Origin: the human T2T-CHM13v2.0 reference genome, Homo sapiens
Strand: one strand, 5' to 3'
Length of the DNA: 64,000 bases
NCBI RefSeq assembly: GCF_009914755.1
Contig: NC_060947.1
Shown piece after piece: positions 42,025 through 57,600 of this stretch. Position 1 is the first letter of the stretch. Every line of letters starts with the position of its first letter. The position numbers were made by a program, and so were the translations under genes. The notes under the pieces are model-generated. The model saw nothing but the letters and a program-made list of their open reading frames with translations. It was not told the origin of the DNA and did not search any database.

Positions 42025-42372
42025 GCTTTTATGTTTTATACCTAATTCTTAAAAGTATTTGCATTTTATTCTTTGCATGATGTGAGATGTGAATATAACA
42101 CTTTCCCCCGAGTCAATTATTTTCAACTCTGACGAATAATCTCTTAACCCATTGGTTTGTGAGTCTTCCTTTGTTATCTGTTATCTTCTCATATATCAGG
42201 ACTCTTTTTTACAATCACTTTGTTTTCGTTGATGATATATATCCATTTCCATGCCAGTATATGATCTCATTTCCGTAGTTTTTAATGTGTCTGTGTGTGT
42301 TTGTGTGTGTATACATACACACAAAAAAGTAGAACAATGAAATAATGTGTCTCTTTCTAGAAGAAGTATTAA

Positions 42373-42827
<455 letters not shown>

Positions 42828-45800
42828 GTATTGAACCAAGGTCCTCTCACGTAATTTTTCACAATTTATATTATGCTTTAATATCTAGCAGAGCAGCTCA
42901 ATTAATTACTCTTGGAGTGTGTTAAACCAATATGCTAATTTGGGAAAAATTTACCTCCATAATATTCAGTCTTCTTATTCTGTATTCATCCAATCATCTT
43001 ATTCTATATTCATATATTCATGTTTTCTTGTAACTTTCTCAGTTGCAGTTTGTAATTTTCCTCACATAGATTCAGTTTTAAAATTAACATTATGTCTAGA
43101 CATTTTAGGGTGGAGTGTTGTTTCCCCAACACCTCATATATCTTGGTTAGTTACTTCAGGGAGAGCAGGAGAGCTGGTTACTTTTGTTCACTTATCTTTA
43201 ACCAGTCATTTTACTAAACTCCCATAAAGATAGCCACTTTTTAATTATCTTGGGGTTTCTCAGTAGGCAATTATATCATCTCTAATAATACTTTTTGTTT
43301 TCTCATTTCCAATAGCAACGTCCCTATATCTGTTTTAGAATTATATTAACTAATACAATGGCAGTAAGGATCTTTGTTTTCTTTCTGATGTTATGGGATC
43401 CTGTTTCTATTTTGGTTCTTTGTCCTGTAGTGTGGGTGCTCATTAAAGGACTTCCTTTGTGTTTTGTCTGGATTATTCTCCAGGCAGCTGGTAAGCTCCT
43501 TGTGAAGACAGCCCATCCTGTTCTAACATGTCTGATACTCTGTGTCTGGTCTCTGCAGCTCCTGGCACACAGCAGGGAACTTGATTAGGGCCTGAAAGAA
43601 TGTGTCTTATGCTGGATTCTTGGGAGGCCCTAAAAGATCTGCACTGCTTCTTTCTGGATGTGGCCATGTGTTTAGAAACATCTGCTCTCCTAGAAGTCTG
43701 GGGTTCCTGTTCCAGCTTCGAGCAGACACTTGGGTTTCCCTTACAGGCTACTGTCTGTTGTTGACCACATACTCAGGAATAAATGGAAATTGCAGCAATT
43801 TTGTCAGTAGGGTTTTGACAAACTGAGAGATTCCAAACAGAAAATAAAGAGATTCTAAACAGAAATACTTACTTGTTATAAAATAGCACATGCAAATTTC
43901 CCACCAATCCCATCACCAAAGGTAAACACCACTAACAATTTAGGGTTTGTGTTTATGCACACTTGTACACATAAATACATGCATTTCTAGATGTGTGTTC
44001 TATGCTTTTCAAACATATGCATGTTTGAATAATGTGAGCCCATTTTTGTAACTTCTTTCCAATTTTATGTAAATATTGTTTATTCGTTTTAGCAGCTATA
44101 TATGCCACCATATGGCTAGACTATAATCATCTTTTCTCCTATTAATATATATTTCTAGTTTGTTTCCTTGTGTCTTAAACCAACTTATATTTAGGATAGA
44201 TTTCTAGAAGTAGGTTGTCGAAGTATAAGGTAAACTTTTTTTTTAATTTAGCTTAATTTTAACATACTTTCAATTCATTCTTTGACCATAAAAATTTAGA
44301 GTCTGGTCCATGAACCATGACTTATTGGTCTGTGATAAGTACAGACATTAAGAGTAAGTGTTTAGAAGTGTTTATCATAATTTGATATTTCTATGATATC
44401 CAAACATGAATTTTATATTTTACAAAAGCATCGGACTGAAAAAGAAAACCTGATTATTTTAAAATAACAATAGTAATGCTAAAACAAATTGTGGAAAGGG
44501 CTCATTTGGACAATATGGGTTAAGTGAGGCCAAAAGCTTTTCACTGTGAAAATCAAAATATTTAAGGAGTAGTGTCTTAGAAGACATATGAGGGATAAAT
44601 GAAAAAAAATGTTATTTTTAAAATATGATGTTGAAAAAAAATATGCTGTATTTGGAGCTGGATATGGGGTATGACCAATTATATAATAATTTCTTATCAG
44701 AAAAAAAGAATAAAAGGACCTGATTCTGCACCATGAATAATTGGGAAGCACTGCTTCCATGAGCAGTCAAAGGGAGTTTCCATTTTCTTTTCTGAATCCT
44801 CACCTCTAGCTCACATTGTCAAAAATCAAAATGTTTGTTTTATAATCTGTTGGTTATAAACACTCTCACTGTTGTTTTGATGTGAATTTCTGTGATTACT
44901 AATGATGTCCGTATCTTTACTCGTTATTTGGGTTTCTTCTTGTTATTTATATCGTTTGTGCTATTTTTTATTGGCTTGGAGATTTTTCTTTTTTTTCTGG
45001 TATCTGTGGATTTCACATACTTATATTTGAGCTCCTCTATTATTTCAGAAGTAATTTTGTTATACTTTACCCAGTAAATTCTATGTGTTGAGAGCATGAA
45101 GAATTGGCCTCTCCTCTAGGCTCCATTATATTTTCTTATTGGGCACTGCTGGTTTAATGATATAGCTATAGATTTTTGTATAGTTGTCTTTCTTTTGCAC
45201 TCTCTTACTGCTAATAGTAGTTTTTTAGGGAATACAATTTTCTCTTTCTCTGTACCTCTTTCTTTTCTATTCTTTCCTTACAGCAGTACCATATTTACTG
45301 GACATGCCTTTACAAACAATTTCAATTCTGTCAGTAATGCACATCATGGTCCATAGTCAGTTGACCTGTCATCAGAGTCTGTATGACGGTCAAAAAACAA
45401 AATGAAAGAAAGCAAAACACAGTTTAAAACTGAAAAATTGCTGTTCATTAAGTCGAGGTTATTTAGAAAAAGAAATTGTTAGGGATTCCCGTAGGGTCAG
45501 TCTCTGATATCAGGACTGTCCATTCTCTCAAACAATAATGCTGTCCAGTCTCTTCAGAGGCTTTCTGATTTGGCCCTGTTCCTATCCTTTGTCCAGGACT
45601 TTTCTCCACACACTTTCTCTTAAGCCAAATGGCAGGTCAAATGAAGCCCTGAAATACAGCCATCTGTGGGTGTTGAAGTGGGGATGATTGTGGTCAGCCC
45701 TGGGAAGCTGGGCATGCATGTCACAGATTTAGAAAGTACTGCTGGCTGGCAAGCTGATGGAGGGCAAAATGTGCACATGGAAGCAAATGCACAGCTTCAA

Positions 45801-46841
45801 GTGATCAAGTGTCAGTGCAGACAGCAGGTGATGAGGGTGGCTCACACCACCTGCTGGAGCACAGCTGTCAGAAAGGGGATAGCCACGTGTGGGGCCACAG
45901 GCAGTGCCAACCCAACAGGTGAAAGCCCAGGACAGAGAAGAGCCCAGAAGCTCTGAGGCAGACATTTGGGTCACAGCCTGGGATGCACAGTCATGCCTTG
46001 TGCCCAAAATGAAATGCCAGCAAGTGTTTCTCTCTCTGTGTTCTCAAAAGATCTCTTCCTCATGTATCTTAATTAGTTAAGATTTGGGGTCTTGGGGCAG
46101 CCTCTTGAATGCCATCAGACATAATAAGTTCTACAGCCAGGGTCATTGGCCTGACTTCCAGGATTATGAAGGGTCAAAAAGTCCCACATGTCCTAACTAC
46201 AAGGCAGGCGCCAGTGAAGACAAGCTGTTAGGTAAGACATAATATTTTTGGAGAGATATAAAGGACAGAGGTCAGTTGTGAGGGCAGGCATGGACCCAGC
46301 ATCGAACCAGCAAGGCACAGGTTAAGTGAGACACTGAGCAGGGCCCAGTTCTGTTCAGCAGCAGAACAGAAATCACCTGACAAATCCAGAAGTCACATCA
46401 GAAGGGGTTAACTGGGAAAGACAGCTCAGGAACTAGGGTGTTACACAGTCTGACCATAGGCTACTTTTTACAGGCCCAAAGTCCCATCACCATGGACAAA
46501 TTTTGATGGTTGCTTTAAATATGCTCATTTGTGAATCCAGTGTCTGATGAATAACGTGTGGTCTCTTGATATGTGGGGCCTGTAATTAAGTGGAATATAA
46601 AATAGTAAATCATTTTGACCATTAGCAAAGTTTCTCTTTGTTCATTTAATGAAAATGCTCAGTATTGGCAAAAGAGCAGAGAAACAGGTGTCCTCATATA
46701 CAACCTATGAGAGGTAAACTGAGGCCTTTCCAAGGAATAATGTGGTGACTAGAATCAAAACCCTTTCAATGCACATACCTTTTAATCTAGCAACTCCACT
46801 TCTATGAACATATCATAACATATATATAATAGTTTAAGTGC

Positions 46842-47164
46842 AGGCTGGATGCAGTGGCTCACGGCTATAATCCCAACACTTTCGGAGGCTGAGGAGGAGG
46901 ATTGCTTAAGCTCAGGAGATCGAGACCGGCCTGGGAAACAAAGTGAGACTGCCTCTCTACAAAACAAATGGAAAAAAAAAATTAGCCAGGCATGGTAGCG
47001 TACACCTATAGTCCCAGCTACTCAGCAGGCTGAGGCAGAAGGAGTGCTTGAGCCTGGAAGGTCAAGGCTGCAGTGAGCTGTGATTGCACTACTACATTTC
47101 AGCCTGGGAGACACAGAGTGAGACCTTGTCTAAAATAAAAAAAAATTAAAAAAATAAATAAAAA
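46842..47164 (+). mobile_element. AluJ
   Basis: Full Alu with A-rich tail. Confidence 0.92.
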
Positions 47165-47224
47165 GTCTAAGTGCAAAGATGTTTGATGCTCTGTTGTATA
47201 TAATAGCAAAATATGACACCACTG

Positions 47225-47720
47225 AAGCAAGATAGATTCTTCACACCACTACCCTCAGCCCCTTGCTTTTAGTACACCTGTGGTGGACAGTTTCATGCAT
47301 GGTCCCAGCCTTTCACTGTGGGCTTACCTTGCTGGCTCAAGGCTTTTCTGCTTCAGAGTTTTCTTGGATCCCACAGAAGGCCATTCTGCCTGTGTTGGAT
47401 GTGGCAGAGAAAAGTGGGGTAGTTAATATTCCCAGGGGACCACAGTGCAGCAATGAGAGAAAGAAATGGAGGACGAATGCTCCAACCTCTCCATCCAGAG
47501 ACCATTTTGAGGACTATTCTACGTGATTCCTCCAAGGGACCCCATGGGATTGAGCTTCAGTTGCCCACAGCGATCAGCAACTCACTAACACACCTTTGTG
47601 GCTTTGCTCTTTCCTTGACTTACTCTCCCCACCCCTCTCTTCTGCTTCTCTCACATAAATTCTTGCAAATCCTTGTCTCGGATCTCAGACTTTACTTTCA
47701 AGGGAACTCAAATCATGAGT
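47225..47720 (+). mobile_element. LTR16-like ERVL LTR
   Basis: GGATTGAGCTTCAGTTGCCCACAG...CAAATCCTTGTCTC...TTTCAAGGGAACTCAAA. Confidence 0.65.
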
Positions 47721-47789
47721 CAATCTAAACATCAGAAATAGGGGTTAAATTAACAAGGGTACATTCATACAATGGAATATAATGCAGCC

Positions 47790-48650
<861 letters not shown>

Positions 48651-50611
48651 ATGAAAAATGACCTTGGATAAAAATAATTAATGACACTAAAATTATTCAT
48701 GTTAAAGTATTAGTTTGAAATAAAAGGCTAGCTTTAAATCAATATTTATGAGCATAGATACCCATACAAATTCGTAGATTAATGATCAAAATGGAAAAGT
48801 CCAAAACGTTACTAGTGTTCATCTCAGAGTCTGGGATGACATGCATTTTCATTTTTTTTCTTTTCATATACCTGTATCTTCCTAATATTGATAAATATAT
48901 ATTACTTCTGTAAAATAGAAAATCAGTAGATAAAACACAACACAAGGTATCTTATGCTACATGCTAGGAAAATGGTAGAGGCCAAAGATTTTTCAAATTT
49001 GTTGTTTTAGAGCCCTGGGAGTTTCATGAAAGTGCCTCAGGGATTATCCCAGGAGGAAAATTAGAATACATAGGCCAGTGTCTTCATGGCACCTCTAAAT
49101 AGAGGAGCTGTTTTCATTTAAGGAACAAATGTGAAGGTCTGAAGAAGGCTAATTATTGGGGCCTGGGGCAGTTGTGGAATGCTTTGAGGTTAAGACAGAA
49201 GTGAGTAGGAAAGATGGGCCTTGACTAGGCAAAGAACAGAAAGTGAGTCTTCTAGAAAAGTCTGAGCAAAATTACTAATGGCACCTGTTACCCTCTGTAG
49301 CATATTTTTTTCTGCTTCCATTACTATTCAACTCTTCACTCAAATGAGAACTTACCACTGCAAAACATCTGGGCAAATTCTAGGCCTACTCAAAATCACT
49401 TGGGTTAGGAATCCAAGGGACTCAATAGCACTGCCACGGGTGCTGGTGGGAACACTAAAAAGGAGTGGAGTTTATCTCCCTTCCCAATCTCCATCAGATC
49501 CCCTTCCCCGTTTTTGATGTGTACCACTAATATTTTCTCAAGGTAATATGAATTTCTTTGCTAACGTAACTAAAAGGCCCTGCCAGCCTTTCAAATAGGT
49601 CTCTGTTCTCCTAGAGCTGCCATGGAAAGAACTGAAAATCTGGAAAGGACCACATTGAGTCATTGTCCTCATGTGAAGTTCTCCAAAGAGCCTTTTAAGA
49701 TGCCAGAAGGATCTTCTACTGGTGTTCTTTTCTCCCTTTAGCAGCCCTTGAGCCTGCTGCAATAAACTCATAACTTTTTTGGACTCAACCAAATGGGGCA
49801 TAGGGAGGGCATGTGGCATGAACTACTGCCAAGGCATGCATGAGGCAATGAGCTGGCTATGCAAAGACTCATCCCAAAGTCCATGAGGCAGCATGTGCTC
49901 CTTGGACCAAGAGGAGGGAGAAAGGGATGTGCACTGGGGCTTACTGTCTCCTCCATCCTCATCATCCTAGCTCAATACTAGACAAAGTGTCTTCGCTAGC
50001 ACTGAAATCTGAGTGTCTTGTTAGGTCGATGTTTGGAAGACAGTCAAAAGTACGTGACAGGCCAAGGGTTGCCAAGGAATAGAAAAGCAGTGGATTTGTT
50101 TCCTGGCTGATGGCCAGCTGCAAGGCTTTCTTAAATGACAGCCAAGAAGCAGTAAATCAGGTACAATGGAGTCCTATCCATGGAGAGATTGTCTCTACAA
50201 AGTGTTATACTTCAAGTTAAATGGTCACAGACAATTCAGCTTCAGAATAACTTAAAACAGCATTTCCATCTGCTTGAACCCGGGTTCCAATTAAAACAGA
50301 GAAGTATTAGTCTAACCCAGTCCTCCACTGTTACCAACTAAGACATGCTCTGGAAGATTTAAAAAGCAGCACAGCCATGAACTGAGGAACGGGTTTCAAA
50401 TTTACTTACAGAAAATACAGTTTATTTTCATCTCCCTAGAGAGAGACAATCCTGTTAAAATCACAGTTTTATATGTAGCCTGTAGGACCAAGAAAAAGGA
50501 GCAGTTGAATATATTAATATTTCTCAGTTTAGATGAGAGCGAATAGTTAAATTTAGCTTTATCGAAGAAACAACTATTCCATGTATCACTATCCAAGGAA
50601 TTTCAGTAACT

Positions 50612-50790
50612 TTTTTTATTTATTGATTGATTTATTTATTGAGACAGGGTCTTTCTCTGTCACCCAGGCTGGAGTGCAGTGGCACAATCATGGCTCACTG
50701 TGCAGACTCGAACTCTTGGGCTCAGGCAATCCTCTCCCCTCAGGCTCTCAAGTAGCTGGGACTACAGGCACGTGCCACCACGCCTGCCTA
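50612..50790 (-). mobile_element. AluJ right arm / FRAM
   Basis: Antisense right monomer with (TTTA/TTGA)n tail. Confidence 0.85.
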
Positions 50791-51057
50791 ACTGGTGGCA
50801 TTTGCCTGTAGTATGCTGAAGTGCCAGTAACTTTAGCATAATGTTTGCATTTGCGGCTACGTATTTCCTAAGTGGATGCTTCTCAGCCTTTCATGTACAT
50901 GTGGAAGATGAGCACATTTTTAGGACACACTAGGGTAAAGGAATAGTAGGGCTGCTTACAGGAGGCCCCACCTGGCCACTCCAGGGATTGAGAAATCAGT
51001 ATCTCTCCAGGCTGGGATCCCCATCAGTTTCCAGGTGGCTGCTTCCTGAGTTTTAGA

Positions 51058-51430
51058 ACAGGCATTGTCAACCTTGGCCGCACATTGGACTCACCTGAGG
51101 AACTTTAAAATATGCATGACCTGGTCCCACCCCAGAGTTCCTAATTTAATTGGTCTGAGGTATGGCCTAGGCCTCAGGATTTGAAAAAGCTCCCCAGGTA
51201 ATACTGATGGCCAGCCAAGAATGAGAAGCACTGTTTTAGAGCAGGGGTCACCAGCCTGTTTTTGCAAATAAAGTTGTATTGAAACACAGCCACCATTTGG
51301 TTACATACTGCCTATGGTGGCGCTCATGCTACCACGGAAGAGTTCAGTAGTTACAACGGAGATCTTATAACCTGAAAAACAAAAAATATTTACTATCTGC
51401 TTCTTTACAGAAAATGTTTGCTGAGCCTGT
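51058..51430. mobile_element. Adjacent MER5-like (51058-51233) and MER58-like (51242-51430) hAT elements
   Basis: TTTAATTGGTCTG...AAAAGCTCCCCAGGT; CAGGGGTC...AAATAAAGTTGTATTGAAACACAGCCA...TTTACAGAAAATGTTTGCTGA. Confidence 0.75.
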
Positions 51431-54400
51431 TTTAAAGGGAAGCTTCAGGAGGACTTTCAGTGTCATATGAAAAATAGTTTACAAGGATTTTTGCTCAAGG
51501 TAGTGGCAGAATTCTCATAAGGGACTCTCACAGGGACAAAATATTCAAAGTACACAAACATTCAGGTACCACGAAGGTAAATGAGCATTCATAGCCTTTC
51601 TTGTTTTCCCCTCGCCTTACAAGGCACATGCTGTTTTCAAGTTTTTGTTGAACAAGACGAGGGGTAGCAATAGGGAAGTCAGGAGAAAGGAAAGGCTAGG
51701 CTGGTTTATGTTAGGAAAAGCAGGGAACTGCTCTTAGGAAGAAACAATCCTGAAAAGAAAAAGCTACAAGTCAGAGGAGAGGCAGGGAGGAGTGAGCTTC
51801 AGGGAAGAGTTTGGGAAAGTTTCTAGAGATGGGAGACTAGAGAGCTGTCACCCTGTGTTGAGTGGCACTGTAGAGGTTAATGGTTCTAGTGATTTTTAGA
51901 AATGTGGCTGTGTGATATGAATCATAATCCCCTTAGTCTAAGAGATTTCTGTAAAGTTGTATACATTTTCCATACTTTTTTAGATGTCAGATTAGTCTTT
52001 TTGCAGTGAAACTCTGTACTATGATTGGCCACAATGGAAGCTGGAAATATTGGGCTACAGGATGAATACGCCTTAAAACTACCAATTATTGACAGCATCA
52101 TAATAGTTGGAATAGCACATCTAAGAGTTAGCAGCAGGAAAATAAAAAAGGAATGAGATGGGAATCTGAAAGCTTACAAATGGCAGCGTGATATTGCTGG
52201 GTCAGTTTCCCCAACTCTAAGCTCTAAGTATCTCTGATAGGAACCTGTGGAGAGGAGCGTCTGCTCTCCTCTTGGTCACTGGAGCCCAAGATCGCAATGT
52301 TCACACTTCCATTTATTGTGAGGAATAGAACACCAGCACTTAAGTGATTGTCCAAACCAACATCACCAAAGCAACAGCTTTGCATAACACCCTTGCCAAT
52401 ACTCAGAATCAAGGGCCTTAAAAAATGAAGGAAAGTAACTGGAATGAATGCAAATACTTGCACCTAGAGAAGCCTTTCCGGAATTATTAGCAAACACTCC
52501 ACTCATTCCCTGACTTGGCAATTCTCCCAAAAAGAGAGGAGGGGTTTAGGTACCTGCATTCCTCAAGACCCTGTATGGCCTGGTGAACTTGGAGGTGATC
52601 TAGGACCAAGGTAAATCATGTGGCTGGGCAGCCTGAGAACAAAGATCAAATCAGAAGTCAGAGAGGCAGCAAGCAAATCTGGGCTGTTTTACGGTATCCC
52701 AGCATCCTGGACTGACAACATGAGCTGGTATTTATCTCTCCAATTCAGATATCAGTAGCCAGACATTGCCATTGATTCATCATCACATTCTTCTTCCCGT
52801 AGGGTTGGACTCTGAGAACATCTAACTCAAAAGAGCACTGCCGTAAAATACTGTAGGAAATGTACATGCATTGAGTGCATTTCAAAAGAACAATCCTTCA
52901 GTTTCGACTATTTTTCTATTTGTTTGTAATTGCTTATCTATGTACATGCTTATCATATTGTGTCATAAATATGGAAAGCCTTCATTGCCCAAGCGTAATT
53001 TGTCTCTGCAAGAGTCCATTTAAAATTAAACCACCTGTAACATTCCCAGCGGGTCGGCAAAGAAAAACAGTACCACATCACATAGGACCCAGCAACTAGG
53101 AAGAGAAATATCAGTTAGGACAGAATACTCAAGAGCAAAAGAGGCATATGACAACATGAATGCAACAACCATAAGCACACTTAAGGAGACTCAAGAGTAC
53201 AAAGAAAAAAGTTTCTGGAGTTAGAAAGAAAAATTAAAGTGAAGAAGAGGCTAACATTTTTGGTACTTGAATTAGAGGTATGGGTGAGCAATATAAAAAA
53301 AATTAATCCACCCAAAATAGAAACCAAATGTCACAGTAAGTACTGGAAAAAAAGATTAGGATTTTATTCTAAAAAGAAAACCAATTTGTTTTAAAAAGTA
53401 GGAAAATACATTTATATTTTCTTATTTGCGAAAAATTCAGGATATAATTGCCATATCCTAACTCTTAAAATGAACAACAATGACGTAAGTGTTGATTTTT
53501 CTTTTGACACAGTTGTTCTGGCAAAACCGTATGATAGTTTTGTGCACCCTGTCTTCACAGTTGACTTTCGCGCACAGTCATAAGTAAGGTCATCTTTACA
53601 AAAACGTTTGAGGTTTCACCAGTTTCCCCACAGACCTCTCCGAAGCCTTTGATATTCAAATTGTTTTCTGACTCCCATCTTCTGACATCATCTTTGTTAA
53701 GTTTCTTTTTTTCCCAAATTAACCTTACCAGATTCTTATTTTGGCTTTGCCAATGATTTGAGCCATTCTCCAACATCATCAGCTTTGTGAACTCCTTCAT
53801 GTTAGCAACATTTGTGATTTCAGTTTAACAACTGTTTTCATTGCATCATTAGATTTTACAGCAGCCACATTCAATGGCACAGTTACTTACGAAGCTCCTT
53901 TGTTAGACTATGAACTCTTTAATGGAGAAGCTGTGACTTATTTATCTTCTACCACCAATGATTGCCATAAAGTAGATACTGATTAGTATTAGCTGAATTT
54001 AACGGCTTTTCATTTAAGGTCTTCATGTTTAAATATTGACTAGCATAGATGCTCACACAATATTGATTGAGGACAAACTTTATTAAGTGGTTAATTCCTT
54101 AGCATATTTTTAAAATGTTATGTTGACTTTTGCTTCCCTGTCTCTTCTGTGAGTATCTAGATAAGTATTTGGACCATTAGCATGCACCAATATTGTTTAC
54201 TTAACAGCCTCTTTAATGGAGGAGCTGTGACTTATTCATCTTCTACCTCCAATGACTGCCGTCAAGTAGGTATCAATTAACAGTATTGCACTGAATGTCT
54301 TTTCGTTTACGATCTTCATCTTTCAATATTTCCAGGCCAACCAGAAACACATCATAAGCAGCACATGCCTCAATTAAATCATTGGCAAGATTAGAAAGAC

Positions 54401-54544
54401 AGCCTAGAAGTAACTTTGGGCACACACAGAGTATTTCACAAATGTTATTTGAATTGAAAAATGGATCTTCAAACAAGACAGAAAAGGTTTTATTTTACCT
54501 ATAATTTTGCATGGAAGTCTTGGGTGACCAGAGTAATTCTCGGT

Positions 54545-54665
54545 TTCTTTCCTTCCTTCCCTCTCTCCCTCCCTCCCTTCCTCCCTTCCTTCCTGCCTTC
54601 CTTCCTTCCTTCCTTCTCCCTTTCCCCCCTTCCCCCTTATTTTCTTCTTTATTTCTTTCACTCTT
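54545..54665. repeat. (CCTT)n / polypyrimidine tract
   Basis: Directly visible. Confidence 0.9.
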
Positions 54666-57600
54666 TCAGCATAAAGAGGTTAGGTCAGCATTAGCATCCT
54701 GAAGGACCAAGATAATTGATTGCAAGGGCCAATGTCCACGATAATAGAGAGTCAAGATGACCCCCAAAGAAAGGAAATTTGCTAATCTGGGTGTTAGTTG
54801 CTCTCCATCCAATAGAGAGTCTTTAATATGCTCATTCATCTCTCCAGTCTTCAGGAGCATTTCCAGCCATCTGGCTCGCTTGCTGACCCTTGCCCTTTCA
54901 GGTAGCAGCCATAAATGCAAAGCTCTCAAATAGGAAAGTCTGTTGGTCTCATTTAGAAGGCCTACTCTAGGCAAGGTTAGGAAGATGGGAGATAATGATC
55001 CTTTGCCATCTCCCTAGAATTTAAATACACAAATTAAAAAGCACATTAACTCTTTGTTTAAAAAGAAAAACAAAATGTCATCAAAGGCAGGCTTGATTCA
55101 AATGCAGTTTAGGCTAATGAAGGAGCTGTGTCCTTTCACTATTTGTTCTGGGATCTTTTCAATCAGTTAGCATTGGCAAAGCTTCTGAACAAAGACAGTA
55201 ATTACCAGATAAAAATTGCCTTCAGTGCATTGTCTAACTGTGTTCAGTTTGGCATGAATGGATTTATGATCCTTTCATTCCAATAGGAACTACCAGTCCG
55301 CCTTTCACTTCAAATAGCCTATTCATCTCAGCATAAAAACAGCTAAAATATACTAGCAGAATATGCTGCCTCTGCAACCCAAGCTGCACACAGCAGGAGT
55401 CAGCTTCTTCCAACAGGCACAAATATAGCTGGCTTTGAAAAACTATAAAACAAAGGCTCTAGAAAACTCTTGCATAATTTTTTAAAAACAGCAATTATTT
55501 GGTTCCAATCCCTTTTACTACTCTGTATCTTTTATCCAATATTAAATTAATTCCATTGTGTATAAAATGGTCAAAACCACAAATTACAGCAGGGAATTTA
55601 TGCTTAAATAATGATCTGTGGTTGCTATTCAGATACATAGATTAATACTTTCTATTCCTTAGGGGGAAATGGCACAGAGAGGTGTTTTTGTTTTGTTTTG
55701 CTTTGTTTTTAATAGATAAGGCATAAAGAATCACTTTATCAGAAATAAATTAATTGGTGGCAATTTACTTGACTCCCAACATCCATCTGCAGTGCATTAT
55801 CTCTTCTACCCTCTATCCTGTGTGTGAGGTAAATGTCTATGTACACACAAACCATGTATTACAAGCATAGAGTAGTACTCATAAAGGAAGTTTCTATAGA
55901 AAATTAAGACCTTCATGCAGAGCTTTGTGCTGCAGTAATATAATACAGAGCATGCTAAAATGTTGACCTGAGTCTGTCTTCAAGTATAGTGGTTTCGAGA
56001 TCAGTTCCAATCACAACTTTCTCATTGGTCAGCATCACATGATGTCTTCATGGTGGTATGAGTTTTGCAATTGATCCCGTTGGCTTTGGTTATCAACAGT
56101 GTTTCATTGGATGTATAAGAACTGCTCATGTTGGTTTGTCCCAAATGCATCCTAGAAATGATAACTATTTAACTAACACAAGTATATAACTGTAACAGAG
56201 TGGAGTCCTGAAAAAGTACTCTCCAAAATTTGACAGACTTGTTTCTATGCCTTGACGTGTTACTAAGTCTACATATGAGTAACTCTCTATCTCTGTGAAC
56301 TTCAGAATGCTATTCTTAAAAACTAGAGGAGGGAGTTGGTCCAGAATATTCCTTTTGTCTCAAAGTATTTCATGATAAGATACAGCACTGCATATGCTTG
56401 TTACTATGCCCTGCTGGAAGAATCAAGCCTCTGAGAATCCCTGCAATAAATAAATTTGCTTAACTTTTTAGCTCAGCATTATAAGAATTTATATGACTAA
56501 TGAAGTCCTTTTATTCTTTAGTGGAACAGTCCTAACATTCCCACCCTGATTGTTTCTCAAACACACTTGGGGAAACACTAAACTAGAGTGTCTGCAAGCT
56601 CCCTTCCAGACCTAATCTAATTCTAGGCTCAGTCCCCACTTTGTGGACTAATGGCAATGAACCCCATCATGGCCAATTGCTAGAGAGTCTGAGAATTTTT
56701 TAAATGCAGTGCAATTTTTTCCAGCCTCCAACATTCATAGGGACACAAAAGACCTCCCTCTCCCTATTCTTCATCCTCCCAAGTACACAGAAAGTATCTA
56801 TAATCACCAGAGAGAGTCCAGGGCCCTTAGTCATGTAAATCTACATTCTTTAAGTGTGTTCTTGTTTGTGGTCCCTTGGTAGATGTAGCTTAAAGCTCAG
56901 CCCTGAGTAATTTGAATATATATGGAGTAATGATACTTTGCCTTGTCCATCTCTTGCCTTTTGACATCAATACAAATTATACCTTTAAAAAATCTACCCA
57001 AACACCATAATCTCCACCTTTAACTTCCCAACAACTCTCTCACAGATTTTGTCAAGACTTTGCTGGCAAATCTGTTTTAAATCCCAATTGCTCCCATTTT
57101 TGCTCACTCCCACTTTTTTTATTCTCTCGTATACCCAGAGAACAACTGTCAGCTACCACCCATATAACAGTGGTTTCCATATTCAAAGTCTAATTCTCCC
57201 TTAGCATTCTGTTCTTCATTTCATTTACCATTTCTTCTAGAATTCCACCATCCTAACTTCTAATGGCTTTGATTGCTTTTCTCTGGATTTTCTCCAAGTT
57301 CTACATCTCTCCCTTGAACTAAAGTTCCCAATTTGAACACAGCGCTTCCATGGAGATATGACTAATAATGCATTGGCTCTTAAATCTGGCTGAACATCAG
57401 AATCATATTTTTTGAAACTATGGATTACTGAGCCCACACAGCCATGTACAAAACATTAAATTGTTATTTTTGATTCCTATACTTGTTAAACAACAGGATC
57501 CAATTAAGCTAAAGAAGAGCTTCAGCCTATTTTCTCACCACTTCTGTGATCATGAACAACCAGCCACAGTGGGTCTCCCTCCAGTATTAACTTCCTTGGG

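Noticed and set aside
54404-54702. Low-complexity ORFs on both strands
   Set aside because: Translations of the (CCTT)n tract.
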